A stretch of 64,000 nucleotides of DNA, from contig CM052829.1 in the NCBI GenBank assembly GCA_028534125.1, forward strand, positions 29,388,001-29,452,000. The letters are read 5' to 3'. Positions 48,701-61,494 of this stretch are shown one piece after another. Under the pieces are notes generated by a model. The model did not search any database, was not told the DNA's origin, and was given only the letters and a program-made list of their open reading frames with translations. The first letter of the stretch is position 1, and every line of letters begins with the position of its first letter. The position numbers and the translations under genes are program-made. This DNA comes from Lama glama. Lineage: Eukaryota.

Positions 48701-51129
48701 AGTTTATTCACAACTTTGATGTCTACAGATGGCATGAGGAAGTTTTATGCAATTTAGAAAACGCAGTTATAAGTAAATTTTTAAATAAAACTTTATTTTA
48801 AATTAAAAGTGGTATTTGTTTCATATCAGAAGAAAAAAATATCATTGTTAATTTTCATTGTTACTTGTATGTAGATTTAGGATGAGTATTCCAAGAAACA
48901 TGTTAAGTCTGTGTTTTCTGTTTTTTTATTTCTTCTAAGTTAGTCGGTACTAACTCATAATTTAGGCCAGTGGGAATGATTTCCAGCTTAAGTGGCGACT
49001 GTCAGTTCTGGATGTTTAGATCTAATATGGAACCAGAGATGATTAATTGATATTTACTGGCAAATGCTTTTAGCAAACTGTCAGAGTCTAAGTTGGCAAG
49101 TATATCCTACTCAGAGGCTAGAGAGTTAAATGTTCAATTAAATCTTTTAACTTAGGACATAATGACAAATTGATTTCAATGTACTCTGCTGTTGAATTCA
49201 GGACTAGAAGTTATTTTTTCATATTTTGTTGCAACATTGGATATGTTTTTAAATATGCATACCGATCAGACACCCATCTCTTTCTCTAAAAATACAGGAA
49301 ACCATGATGTGTTGAATTAGATTAAACTTGGAGTGACTTTGTCATTTGTATCGCTATTCAGTCATCTCTTTCTGACCCTCAGAATTAAATATGGTGATAT
49401 TTTGATTCTGATATAAGTTTAGACTATCATATCATATATGACATATTCAATAAGTTGAATGTATTGCTGAAATTGGGTTATTTGGGTATGCCATTTGAAA
49501 TCACTGAAGTGGTCTTTAATAGCATAATCAGTGGAAGAAGAAATATATTTATCATATCCTTCATTTTGAAAATGTAAGTGGGCTTCTTTCCCCTCGATAG
49601 TCAGCACACAGCAGTACGGCAAGGCAGTTTTGTATTCACTGCTCGTTTCTTTACTCAATACACAGAAAATCAAGGTGATTTTATTCCCCATTTTATTTCC
49701 TTCAACACTGAATCAAGATCAGGTAGTATTATATGCTTGACTCTTGGCTGTTCTCAGTGAATAAAATATCTGTACTGACATTTGAGTTTTATTTAATTCT
49801 CTATTCAGAGTGCCAACTTTCCCCTCTGCATACTTAGCTCTGTTCCACCAGTGTTGAATTCACTGCCTTTTCCCCCCGTCTGTGTGTAGCCCTGGTTTCA
49901 AGGAATGACTGGTACTGAAATTTATTGTGCCCTCAGTTTATTCTACACATCGATCAAGAGTGTATCCTCTGCACATCAGTGATTTGTTCAACTATTGGAT
50001 AGAATGTCTGCTACTACTTCCAAGAAATAGGCATTGCTTTTTTGCATCGTATGGCTCCTCCATATTGACGTTACGCCTGTCTAAATGTTCATTGGTATAG
50101 ACATTTTGTCAATTGTTATTTTCTTGATTTTTTGAGTATATAATATTGGTCATTAATTTTCTCAGTGGCTTTATGAGCTTCTCAGAAATAGTGTGAATCT
50201 GAAATCTGCTTTTGGTCCCTTCTCATCTTTGATGACTAAAGTTAATCAATTTTGTCATGGAAAGCATTGTTTTGCTCTCATTCTGTAAAAATTTCTTTGG
50301 TTTACTACAGAGATCACTGAACCTGTTTCAAAAGTGCTGAGAAACTGTCAGTAGATGTAAGCCACTATTTGACAATATCATATTACAGACAGTACAATGA
50401 GGTCTACAGATGAATGGATCTATGATTTTTTAAAAATGCAGGTTTCTAGTACTCTATTGTACTTCATTTTTTCTTTTTTTGTCTTTTTTAGTCACTGTTC
50501 ATTCCAACACAGAGATTTACATTATATTTTGACATTTGAGTCTTGTTCACTTTTTATGTTAAGGACCTGGGTATGTTCATTACTACTTTTAGGTTTTGAT
50601 AAACCAATTCTGAGACATTAATACGTTTTTAATTGTTGCCATTTAGCAACAAAAAAGTAACAGTTAAAAAAACCACATTTAACATGTGTGAATAATAGCA
50701 CACACAGCTTGAAAGTAAGTTAGATGAGGGAACTGGACCAGCACAATCTTTATGGCAGGTGTGCACCATTAATAATGTAACAATTATTAAGAATGGAAGT
50801 GGGTTACATTGAAAATCATAATTAATTTTACATTTCAAACTTTTGACACATGTGAAAAATGGCAAGGATGCGAAGGATGAGCTCATTTAGAAGGCTAATT
50901 TGGCTATCCATTTGCATTTAGCTACTCTGATGTTATTTAAAGAACTATGGTCACAATAGTATAAATTAAAAGTAACTCCTGGAACATAATAGGTATTTTA
51001 CATTTAAAAAATATCATTGTAAATTTTAATCCATTTCGGTGAAAAACTTTATATTACTTATGTTTTCCAGATTTCTTAATACAAATTCTCTACACTGTTA
51101 GAAACGAAGTACTATTCTAAGTCTGCCAA

Positions 51130-51310
51130 AATAGATTTGATTCTGGCTGAACCATCAGTAAGTTACTCAGCTCCCTCCTAATCTCAGGTTCACGTTTTAT
51201 AAAATTTGCGGGTAAAAATATCTACCTCTTAGAGCTCCTATGAACATTAAATGAAATATTATACTTAAAGCTTTTCCCATAACACTCATTAAGGTTATGT
51301 ATTTAATGCT
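51130..51310 (+). mobile_element. MIR SINE
   Basis: 'aagttactcagctccctcctaatctcagg...atctacctcttagagc...tgaacattaaatgaaat'. Confidence 0.55.
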
Positions 51311-53799
51311 TAGATGCCTCTTTTTTTTTCTATGCTCCGTAACCACATCAAAAAGTTAACTTCTGTTTTGCTTCCTTTGTCATTTTATTGAGTTTTTATT
51401 GAGCATGTTTAAGCTAATTTTTATTCAGCAAAATGACTAACTTGTTACTTTTAGCATCATATGGAGGAAGCAATAAACTTCATATAATTATTAAATAGTC
51501 CAGGATTGACATTAAAACAATATTGGCTCTTAAGAATGCACTTTAGAAACAATTAATTTTGACTGATGTGTGTTTTTTGCTATTTAGAACTAGTTTGGTT
51601 TTGGCATGGCCTGGTGATATAATGAAGCAGTTGACAGATTACTTTCAACTTCATGCAAAATTAAAGGAAAATTGCAGGGATGAGATGGTTGACAATTGAA
51701 AAGAAATACAATTGTGTCCAAGAAAAAGTAGAGGCCTCTTGCTGCAGGGTCCTTGGCCTGTGCCCAGGAAGAGGGCTGCTGGCTTGCTCAGCGGGTGATG
51801 CCATCTCAATTACATCTCTCAATGTGAGTCCGCAACCAGTGATGCAGAACCACAGTGAGGGGACCACGCGTTCTATGGAAGCTTGAACATCTTTTTTTCC
51901 CAAATTGTCACAAGTATTATTATTTAACACAGATATTTTCATCATATTTTTAAAAGAAACAGGATGAAATAATATGTGTGTGACTTAAGTAAGGCAAATT
52001 GATATACTATTAACCCTTTTCTTTTTTGTTTCAGTTTTTGATAAAATAACTAATGATTCTTTTATTTAAAATTGTATTTTATACTTCAACATAAAATTTG
52101 AAGATATGGATAACTACTATTTATTTCCTTATCACTTTTTGCATCATAGTCTTTGGGCCAGAGGTTCTGTTATATAGTTTTGCCTTCTCAAGGGACATCC
52201 GTCAAAAAGGTGAGATGGTTGTCTTTAAAGGAAACAGATTTAATGGGTTCATTACTGAAGCCTGATGAAGTTATTCATTCTTTCATTCAATAGATTAATT
52301 TTAAGGAAACATCTACTTTATGACATTGTGCTTGAATCCATGATGAAAGCAAAGAAACCTGGCATAATTCTTGTTTTCACAAAATGTATAATTCCCTTGG
52401 AAGAGAGAAAGCATTCTAAAAGCCCAACAGATATTCACATTAGAGTATTAACGTTAACAGGAGAGTAACATCAGAAACCACAGGCATGATGATGAGCTTG
52501 ATTGTTTTAGATAATATTTTCAATACAGTGTTTAAGATGTCAGGAAGGTATGGGTGACATTTTTGAAAAAAGATCCTTTAAATCGTTATAATAATCAAAT
52601 TTGTGAATGCTTTAAGAAAAATGTTTCAAAATATCTTTAAAATACATGTTTCTGATGTACTTCATTCCTTGATGAACCAGAGAAACAAATTATGCTTTAT
52701 TTTAGAGAATGCACACAAAAATGCATTCTGCATGTATATAAAAGAAAAAGAAGGAATGAAATGGAACTGCCAAACCTCAGTTACTGAGGACTAACTACAT
52801 TTTAATGATTTTCTTAAGGCCCTTCCCTTATGGTATAAATTTTTTTTAAACAAATACACAAACATCTTACATGCTAGTGAAGTTCAATAACTTTAATTGT
52901 TGAAGTAGAATTATTTGACTACTTATATTTGATTTATGAGCATTTATTAGTAGATGACTAGTTATACAGTTTTATATTCAAGACAAGTTATAATTTCAGA
53001 AAAATCCAAAAATTAACCATTTAATTTCATTAAATTAATCCAATTTTGAAGAATTCATAGTAAAGTACCTTGTATTAGGTGCTCAGATAGTTTGGACTTA
53101 CCAAATTCTTTTTTTCTATTAGCAAAAGACTCGCAAAAATGTTCCAAGAAAGCATTAGAGTATATTAGAATATTATGAAATGCTGACGTTTGATAGTGAC
53201 ATTTGGTTGCTGGAAACATCCCTAAGCAATGAGATAGATATAGATATAGATATGTATATAGAAGATAAATAAACAGCAAAACTTCTTAAACAACTCTCCC
53301 TTTAGCTTTACATTCAAACCAAGAATTCTTGGTATTTTCAGCCCTAGTGTTTAATGATGTATTCAAAACTTCACTTGTAGAGAAAGATTTTGCATTCGCA
53401 TGTGAAAATGAGTGGGTAGACTCCAGGGATTTCATTTATGTTCAGCAGCATTATATATCCTTTTGTAAAAATCTGTTCGATTTTTTTTTTCTGTTTTTCT
53501 GATTTTAGGGCTGCTTTTATTTCTAGTTAGATGCTTTCCCTAGTATCCAACACACATATTCTCCAAGAACCTGAAAATGGGCCGAGTAACTCAGAAAATA
53601 TGCTTTTTTTTTTAAGAAAAAATTATTTAACTTGACATTTTGAAAATTATAAATGAATGTTTTTACTTTCCACCTGGAGAGCAGACGATGGATAAATAGC
53701 CACAGGAGACAGGTAATCCAGTTTTAGGGGAGAAAAAACTTATTTCCAAACTTCTCCAGGCCTTTATCCCTGTAAGTGATAATGTTAGTAGATCATGAG

Positions 53800-54025
53800 C
53801 ATGGAATTGTAATGAAATTAATACCCGCATTTTATTCATAAAGTGTGCCAGGTATTTTTTTAAGGACTTTACAGTAGCATCTTATTTTATTCTCATCACT
53901 GTTCTTTGAGGTAGGTTCTATTTTTTCCCCAGTTTGTGGATTTGAGAATGATGCATATAGATGGTAAATAACTTGCACTTTAGTAAGCGGAAGTCTGATT
54001 CCACAGTCCATTCTCTTTAACCTAT
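53800..54025 (-). mobile_element. MIR SINE
   Basis: 'gtgtgccagg...tgaggtaggttctattttttccccagtttgtggatttgagaatga...ggtaaataacttgc'. Confidence 0.65.
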
Positions 54026-54237
54026 TTCATACACATATTTGGTCTATTCACAAAGGCAGCTCTCTGCGCTCCTATTGTGGCTACATTCAGTAATTTAAGA
54101 AATAAATATACCACATACAGAAACACACAGGGGCTAGTAAATGGTCTTGTGACACTTGTTCTAGGTCACTAAAATAAACAGGCTAGTATAAATAAAAGCA
54201 GTGCCCAAAGGTACTTGGCCCCCAGAATCAGCGAGCG

Positions 54238-54349
54238 TGATTGACAGTAAACTCTTGGTAAACAATACTAATGCTGGCTCTAATTAAATAACCAATTATT
54301 TAGGTCTCCATGCAAATGAAAAATATGTTTAATATGCATATAATGACAG
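54238..54349. promoter_or_regulatory. Candidate developmental enhancer (PBX-MEIS, FOX/SOX, homeodomain and octamer motif cluster)
   Basis: TGATTGACAG 54238-54247, GTAAACA 54258-54264, AACAAT 54261-54266, TAATTA 54281-54286, ATGCAAAT 54310-54317, TGACAG 54344-54349, all in non-repeat DNA. Motif evidence only. Confidence 0.4.
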
Positions 54350-55140
54350 CATCTGTTCTACAGTGGACCCTAAAACAAGATCAATTGTTTATAAATTAAA
54401 CTCAATCTATGTAGAACATCTAATTTTTAAGTTGAAATATCAAATGATCTAAGATACCAGAAGTATTCTTCCTGTGCTTTGAAAATAACATCCATTGACT
54501 TCAGGGAATTTTTTTTCTGTCTTGATGAGGTTTATTTTGATATTTAATGTTCAAAGCCCTTAGATTTCATAACAGTTCCTTTAGGGTAAAATTGCTTAAA
54601 GTTAACATATTCATTGCTTTCCTATTCTATGCTTAGCACTGAATAAGAAATAAGTGAAGTAGTAAATACGTTTTCTTGCCCTGAAGAAACTTGCTCTCTA
54701 GCTGAGAAAACAAGAAAAATACTTGATAGATCAAAAAACAATGAAAGACAGTTCAGAATGAGTATCATTAAAGCAGCTTGATACTCATGATAAATTTTTA
54801 AAATACTTTTCAAGTTTCTGACATTAAATATACACTTACCTTCTGTCAAAGATATTCCACCTTAGTTTCACAAAGGTCTGCAATAACCTTTTCCCTCCTG
54901 TCACTTGATTTCTCCTAGTAATTTGACACTTTTGTTATTCAAATTGAAATCTTTACTTTGCTTTTTAAGCATGAAAACATTGAGGCTATTTCTAGAGGAA
55001 GCATGTTGGTCAATAGTTTGAATTTCCTTTTATAGCTAAATTCAGACACAGAATTTTTAAAGTTACCTTCAATCAGCAAAAATTTATAGTTCATTAATTA
55101 TGTCGCAGGAACTTACTGACTGCAGAGGATCAAAGGTCCA

Positions 55141-56085
55141 TTCATTCATTCATTCACTCATCAACACAAATATTTATTGAATGATGATTATGTACAAAGT
55201 ATTTTAGTATGAAAAGACAGGAAATAATAAAGGTAAATAAAATGTAAATGATATTATATGGCAGTAGGTACTTGGGAAAAAATGAAGCAGTAAACAAACA
55301 TTGGATTTTAAGTAAAATGGTCAAGGAAAGCTTCACTAAGAAGGTGACATTTGAATAAAGCAGGAGATAGTGAGACAAATGGCTATCTGGGAGGACATTC
55401 GAGGCAGAGAGAAGAGGAAGTCAAAGTCCCTTCCAGTGGCAAGAATGTTCCTGGCTAATTGTGAGGTGTCTACTGAATCGATTACACCGAGAGTAGTGGG
55501 AGATGAGGCCAGACCAGAAGCAAGGGTGGGGAGAGGGGAGGTGGCCAGGAGAAAGTGCAAGACCCAAAAGCCCATTGAGATGACTGACTCCCACTCTTAC
55601 TCTGACCTAGGTGGGCATCACTGGAGGGTTCTTCAGGGTCTCTCTAACAACTCTGTGAAAGAGGAGCAAAAGAGGAAGAAGGGGTTCATTCCAGTGTAGT
55701 TTGGAGACAGTTTCACTCATTGCAGCCCCAGGTGATAGTGGCTTAGATCAAAGAAATAGCAGTAGTGGAAGTAGTGATCAGTGGCCTGATTCTAAACATG
55801 TGCTGCAGAGAACTGATGATGAAAGTGATGTGAGGTGTAAGGTGACTCCAAGGGTTTTGGCCTCGATATCTAGATATGGGGATATTTTACCGAGATGGGG
55901 AAGACTGCTGGAGGCACTGAGAGGAGAGACTTGTATAAAGTATTTGATGATAAATAAGCTCTGGAATAGCAGTATCTCAGTTTTGCAGATTCTGTCTGAG
56001 ATGCCCATTAGACAATCCAGTTGAGATGTGTGGTAGGCAATAGGATATATGAATCTAGAGTTCATGGGGAGATCCAGCCAGAATT
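55141..56085 (-). mobile_element. L2a LINE 3' portion
   Basis: Terminal '(ttca)n...caaatatttattgaatg'; 'ggtcaaggaaagcttcactaagaaggtgacatttgaat', 'ggtgatagtggcttagatca', 'ggtgactccaagggttttggcct', 'gagatgcccattagacaatccag'. Confidence 0.85.
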
Positions 56086-56213
56086 AATATTCAAAAGTGT
56101 TTACCTTTCCCCTAAACACTTTGCTCCTCCTTGCAGGAATGAAGACAGTGATGGAGAAAAACTGGAAGTGTGGGTGGAAGTTCTTCCTTGTCTGAAAGGG
56201 TGGCGAGGATTCT

Positions 56214-56430
56214 NNNNNNNNNNNNNNNNNNNNNNNNNNNNNNNNNNNNNNNNNNNNNNNNNNNNNNNNNNNNNNNNNNNNNNNNNNNNNNNNNNNNNNN
56301 NNNNNNNNNNNNNNNNNNNNNNNNNNNNNNNNNNNNNNNNNNNNNNNNNNNNNNNNNNNNNNNNNNNNNNNNNNNNNNNNNNNNNNNNNNNNNNNNNNNN
56401 NNNNNNNNNNNNNNNNNNNNNNNNNNNNNN
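56214..56430. other. Assembly gap (217 N)
   Basis: Run of N seen directly. Confidence 0.99.
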
Positions 56431-56740
56431 CCTTGAAGGCCCTTCACATTCACTCCCTTCACAGTGAAAACACCTAGTCATCCTTTCAAAAATGGCTTGA
56501 TTGTTACTACTGTGGTGAAACAACTTACTGTTCCTTTCATCAGAGTTTTAAATTTTCATTTACCTCTTTGGTCTAATAGTGCCTTATTCTTAGGACATTA
56601 AAATACAGTTTACCTGTGTGTGGGCCTGTACCTTCACCACATTGTGAGTTGTGTGAGGAAAAGTGTAAGATCTTATTTATTTTTTTATCCTAAGGAACTA
56701 GTCTGACCCACTTGTATTTACTTGCTAATTATTTGTTAAA
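56431..56740 (+). mobile_element. L2 LINE 3' fragment
   Basis: 'cctagtcatcctttcaaaa', 'attgtgagttgtgtgagg...atcttatttatttttttatcc'. Confidence 0.45.
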
Positions 56741-57174
56741 GTTATTTGTTTAAGTAGGAGTTGATTTTGAAGTTTATTCTATATTTTAAAAATTGGCTAT
56801 CTATGGCAAACATATTAAATGATTAATTATTTTAACATTTATTTATTTAGCATTATTTTTTCAAGGCCCATTTTACATGTACTCTTTTTTTTTAGGATTA
56901 TGAATGATTTTTATTTATTTCTTTACATTTTTCTATATTTTAAAGAATTTTATAATGTAAGTATATTTACTTATATGATCAGAAAACTGGATTCATCAAT
57001 GTGAAGCTATAAATATATACCAAGCATATCCTTAATATCTGTGTCATACATATTTTGCTCAAGTTTACCTTGGTCCAGTGTCACTCTCATTCGTATCCAG
57101 ATTGAGCTGTTAAGGTTTACTAATCTCTTTATGAGCAGCCAGTTCTCTTGAATTAAAAACAGCTTGAGTTCTTA

Positions 57175-57338
57175 ACCAGAGTTTTGGCATCTTTGTCTTT
57201 CAAAGAGGGTGATGTTCTGTCAGGATTTGGCGGGTGCTCTGGGTGGCTGAGCAGGCCCATAGATGTGAGTTTTGGTGTATTTGTGGGAGAAGGTGAGCTA
57301 CAAGAGTCCTTCTACTCCGCCATCTTGCTTCTCTCTCT
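57175..57338 (-). mobile_element. Isolated L1 5'-UTR start fragment
   Basis: Minus strand reads 'GAGAGAAGCAAGATGGCGGAGTAGAAGGAC...GCTCACCTTCTCCCACAAATACACCAAAA', the typical laurasiatherian L1 5' terminus with the YY1 core CAAGATGGCGG (57317-57327). Confidence 0.75.
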
Positions 57339-57862
57339 GTACTCTATGTCTATATAGGACATAGTTTCTGATTTCAAGTTTCCATAATAACAAAGAAAAC
57401 TAGAACACACAGACACACAGAGTGAATGAAAGATATGGATTAAATGCCTTAGTATGGGTACCAGTAAAATTTCTGAGAATTAAAGATCACTTACCACTTT
57501 GTCAGGCTTCCTGGGGCAAGCTTTCACTGGGAGGGTAGTATATTTCTAACTGGACACTGAACTACTTCAGTAGGGAGAGCTGCAGAGGGAAGGTATTGTA
57601 AATAGATGGAATGGAATGGACAACGACATATGTTGCACAGTTCTACTGACTTTGGTGTCTGATGAGTAGATCTGATGAGTAGATTGGCTTGAGTGCAGGG
57701 AACTGGGAGAAGTATATGATATAAAGTTGTATTAGGAAATTTTATATTAGGAGATCTTTGAATCATAGGACAAGGTTGTTTTGTTTTGCGTGGGTTTTTT
57801 GTTTTTGTTTTGTTTTTTTCTTACTCTATTTGTTTAGCCTACCTAGGAAACCTCCAACAGTG

Positions 57863-58063
57863 TATTTTTATGTCTATCCTATTCTTTAAATTGAAGTGTG
57901 GTTGATATACAATATTACATGTTACAGGTATACAATATAGTGATTCACAATTTTTAAATGTTATACTCCATTTATAGTGATTATAAAATATTGGCTATAT
58001 TCACCATGTTGTAAAGTACATCCTTGTAGCTTGTTTCATACCTGATAGTTTGTACCTCTTAAC
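57863..58063 (-). mobile_element. 5'-truncated cetartiodactyl-type L1 3' end with 12-bp TSD
   Basis: 'ttgaagtgtggttgatatacaatatt...gtatacaatatagtgattcacaattttt...aaaatattggctatattc...tagtttgtacctcttaa'. Direct repeat CCTCCAACAGTG at 57851-57862 and 58064-58075. Confidence 0.85.
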
Positions 58064-58084
58064 CCTCCAACAGTGATTTGAATA

Positions 58085-58460
58085 GACTGGTTATGTAATT
58101 AGAAATGCAATTTGGAAGATCTGGATAAAGAATGCACTGGAGTATTGGTAGTACAGGAATTTCCAATAGTTCAGATGAAAGAAAGGCCCTGGAATTAAAG
58201 AGAGGGACAAAGAGATGCCATAGATCTTATGAGGTGATGTGGTAAATAGATTTGGGAACTGATGAGGGGCTATGTGAGAAATAGAGGAATCAGTGAAATT
58301 GTCAAGGTTTTAGTCTAGGTACTAAAGCCTTTAATAGAAGCAGGAAGTTTAGAATGAGACACTCAGGAAAGGAAGATGGTGGATCCTGTTTTAAATGTAT
58401 TGTATTTGAGCATCCAGATGGAAATCTACAGGCAGATGAAATTCAGAGTCAGCAAGAGAC
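58085..58460 (-). mobile_element. L2 LINE fragment
   Basis: 'gtcaaggttttagtctagg', 'ctgttttaaatgtattgtatttgagcatccagatggaaat'. Confidence 0.5.
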
Positions 58461-61029
58461 AGTTTGTAACTGATCATATGAACTTGCATACAGAAAAGAA
58501 TGTGATTACTAAAGTAGCTTATGCACAGAACACAGAATAATTCCTCAGTGCTTTTACACCTTTACACACTTTCTCTTTCATTTGCTATTTGTGAATATGT
58601 GGAAATTAGGAATTTTTGTAATACTTCTAAATGTAACCTTACTAGGACTTATTTTGCAATCTCCTATGTTGTCATTTCTATATGTTGTCACCACTATATG
58701 CTATTCTGTGGAATCATTTGAAAATATTAGCAAAATTTAATAGAAAATATCTTTATCAACTGTCTTGCATAAAGTAATGACAAATAGGTTACATTTTTAT
58801 TTTTATAATTTAAGGGGATTTCATTTTTTTCAAGGCCAATATAAAATGCAGTGGAATATTTGCCTAACCCTATAAACTGGCACAAGGCAGTCCATGCTCT
58901 AAAATGAATTGTTGAATACCTTTTCAAAGGTAAGAAAACAAATTCTTCAGGATGCACATCAAGATCAATCACCTTTGACTTATTTCTGCTTTATGTGTCA
59001 TCATACATAAGAATTATGCAGATCTAGGACATACTCAATTAGAATAATGAAAGATATTTCACAAAGGAATAAAAGTGAAATAATATTTAACAAAGCTGTA
59101 ATAAAATATTAAAAGAGAAAAGTAAGATTTTGATGGAAAATATTGCTCCCCATCCCCATCCCCAGCATTTGTTGAGTGTGTATAATTCCACTGATTTTTT
59201 TTTCTGGAAAAATCTCAGACCTTAACATAATAGACATAAAATATACAGCAGTTCCTTAGAAGTTTTTTTAGGGTAGGAATATTCATAAGGCATATTTGGA
59301 TATGAAGTTTATAGTCACTAGGTTATTTGCTAACATTAAAATAATTATATTTATTTTTCTAGTAATTAAAAAAAAATTAACCTCATTCCTTTATCTTAAA
59401 AGAGATCATGAATCTTCAGTATAATATAGGCACAGATTTTCCAGGTGGAAGTTAAGGAGTTCATTATTTTTATCTCTATCAGTTTCCTAATTTACAAATG
59501 AGCTGAAGCAATTAATTCTTGCAAGTCTCCTGTATTAATTATAGTGTTAAGCAGATTTCCTTGTGGTTTTGTAATTCTTTGTGTCACATTTTCACTGTGT
59601 TTACTATCTCAGCTTGATGGCTGTTGACATGCTGATTCATGTCTTAGTGGACTAGATAGGTTTTATTCATCTGGAGGAATGAGTATAAAGAGGTCACACC
59701 TTATAATCACACTGGCATTTCTAGTGTGTGTAGGCCATATATCTCCTTTTAATTTAATCTCAGAAAAATGTACAGGGATTTCTGCAGCTAAGCTGTACAA
59801 ATCGATAAAATTTATAATCAAGGCTGTCTAATCTCCGAGACTAATATAAAACTTCACAACTATTGATTACATGTGAAGGATCTGCTAGCTGTTAATCACG
59901 CAGGAAGGCATAGAATAAATGGTGGCTTCAGAAAAGGAAATGGACAAATAGCCATCACCCCACGGTCCTCAGCTGTCTTTCTGTTCCTCTGAAGCAAGCA
60001 TGTTACTGGACACTTGGTTTTATGAACTTAAATGATGTGTTAAAGTGGACCAATAGCCATGAATCACTTTCAAAATTTGTATTACTATAGCTGTTTTTAA
60101 AATATAATTTAGAAATTTTCTGTGTTTTCTTCAGCAATGTGATCCAAAGCTAATTAGTCTATTTTATAAGTTACCAGAAGGAATGAAAGAAGGACCTACG
60201 TTGATGTATTAAACTCATAATCTTTGTAAGGAGCAAAATGAGCCATACATACGAGGAATATCATTATGATGTAATTGTTGTCTTTATTTTGGGAGGATTG
60301 TGGGGAGGCTTCATGTCGTAAGATAACCTCACTTACAGTGGGCCCTTTAACCTTTCATTAACTAATACACTTAATAATAATTTCCCTAGTTTGAATTGAC
60401 CGATTCATTCAAGGACAGATGTAAGATGTTTACAAGGGAGTTATGTCATTGAGGAAAACATGTACTATTTCTACATCTAAGCAGTGTTACAAGGGTCTGA
60501 ATGAAAATATGTATGTAAATGTCTTTTTTCTGTTAGACCTATCCACTCAAAAATAACTTATTTACTTTTATATATATACATACAAACTTACATTGATATA
60601 AAAAATTAAAATAGTTTAATAAATATATTGCAGTGATGGAGTAGGGCACCAGAAAATGACTCAATTGTTATAGCTTAGAATATAATATTAACATGTCTTA
60701 TCACTCATAGAGTTATTAGTCCAGCATTTAATATATTAGTATGCATGGGAGCACAGTGAAGAAATGAACCTGCCCTCAAAGAGCATACAGGAAGTGAAGA
60801 CAAAAACATATTCATTTAAAGCCATTTACCACAGTATCCGGCATATACCAAGTCCTTAATAAATAGCTCCTGTCAGTACAAAAAAGAACACTAATAAGCA
60901 TGTAGAGGCGCTCAGCACAACCCACTAGTAGAGAAATAAAATTTGTAAAGTACTGTTCTATGGAGAGATGAGTGATACAATCTTCACACAGATGTTAAGG
61001 TAATTTACCAAGTGAAGTAAGGGAAGAGA

Positions 61030-61494
61030 TTATGTCAAATTGCTGAGCAACAATTAACCACAAAATCTCACCAGAGGCAGAAAGCAGGCGTGTGTTCCTC
61101 ACACTTCTGGAATGGTTGTCTGAGAGCCTCTGATGAGCTTGGCAGGCTCACAGATATGCTGGTGGACTGGCTGTTGGCTGATCTAGACTGACCTTTGCTG
61201 GTACAACTAGGTGGCTAACTGAGCTCTGCTCCACGTGTATCTCTTATTCCAGAAGTGGTGGTGGAGGTGTAAGAGCCCACAGGACCTCACAGGACTTTAT
61301 GAGATATAGGCTGAGAATTTGTGCACCACCACTTTTGCCTCATTCTGTTGACAAAAGCAAGTCACAGGGCAAGACCAAATTTAAAAAAAAAAAAATGGGT
61401 GTCTAGACTCAACTTCTTTGGTATAAAGAATTGTAAAGTCACATGGACAACAGCATGGTTACAAGGAGAGGCGAAGAATTGGAGCCATCACACA
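61030..61494 (-). mobile_element. MaLR solo LTR (MLT1H-like)
   Basis: 'ctgttggctgatctagactgacc', 'ctctgctccacgtgt', 'cacttttgcctcattctgttgacaaaagcaagtcacagggc', 'gaagaattggagcca'. Confidence 0.7.

Noticed and set aside
50310-50356. + strand AG...GTAAGC-bounded segment
   Set aside because: It has stops in all three frames and only a modest donor.
54840-54877. 38-nt minus-strand segment with an AAG|GTAAGT donor
   Set aside because: The acceptor lacks a polypyrimidine tract.
55370-56065. Cluster of 95-109-aa ORFs
   Set aside because: They lie entirely within the L2a relic.
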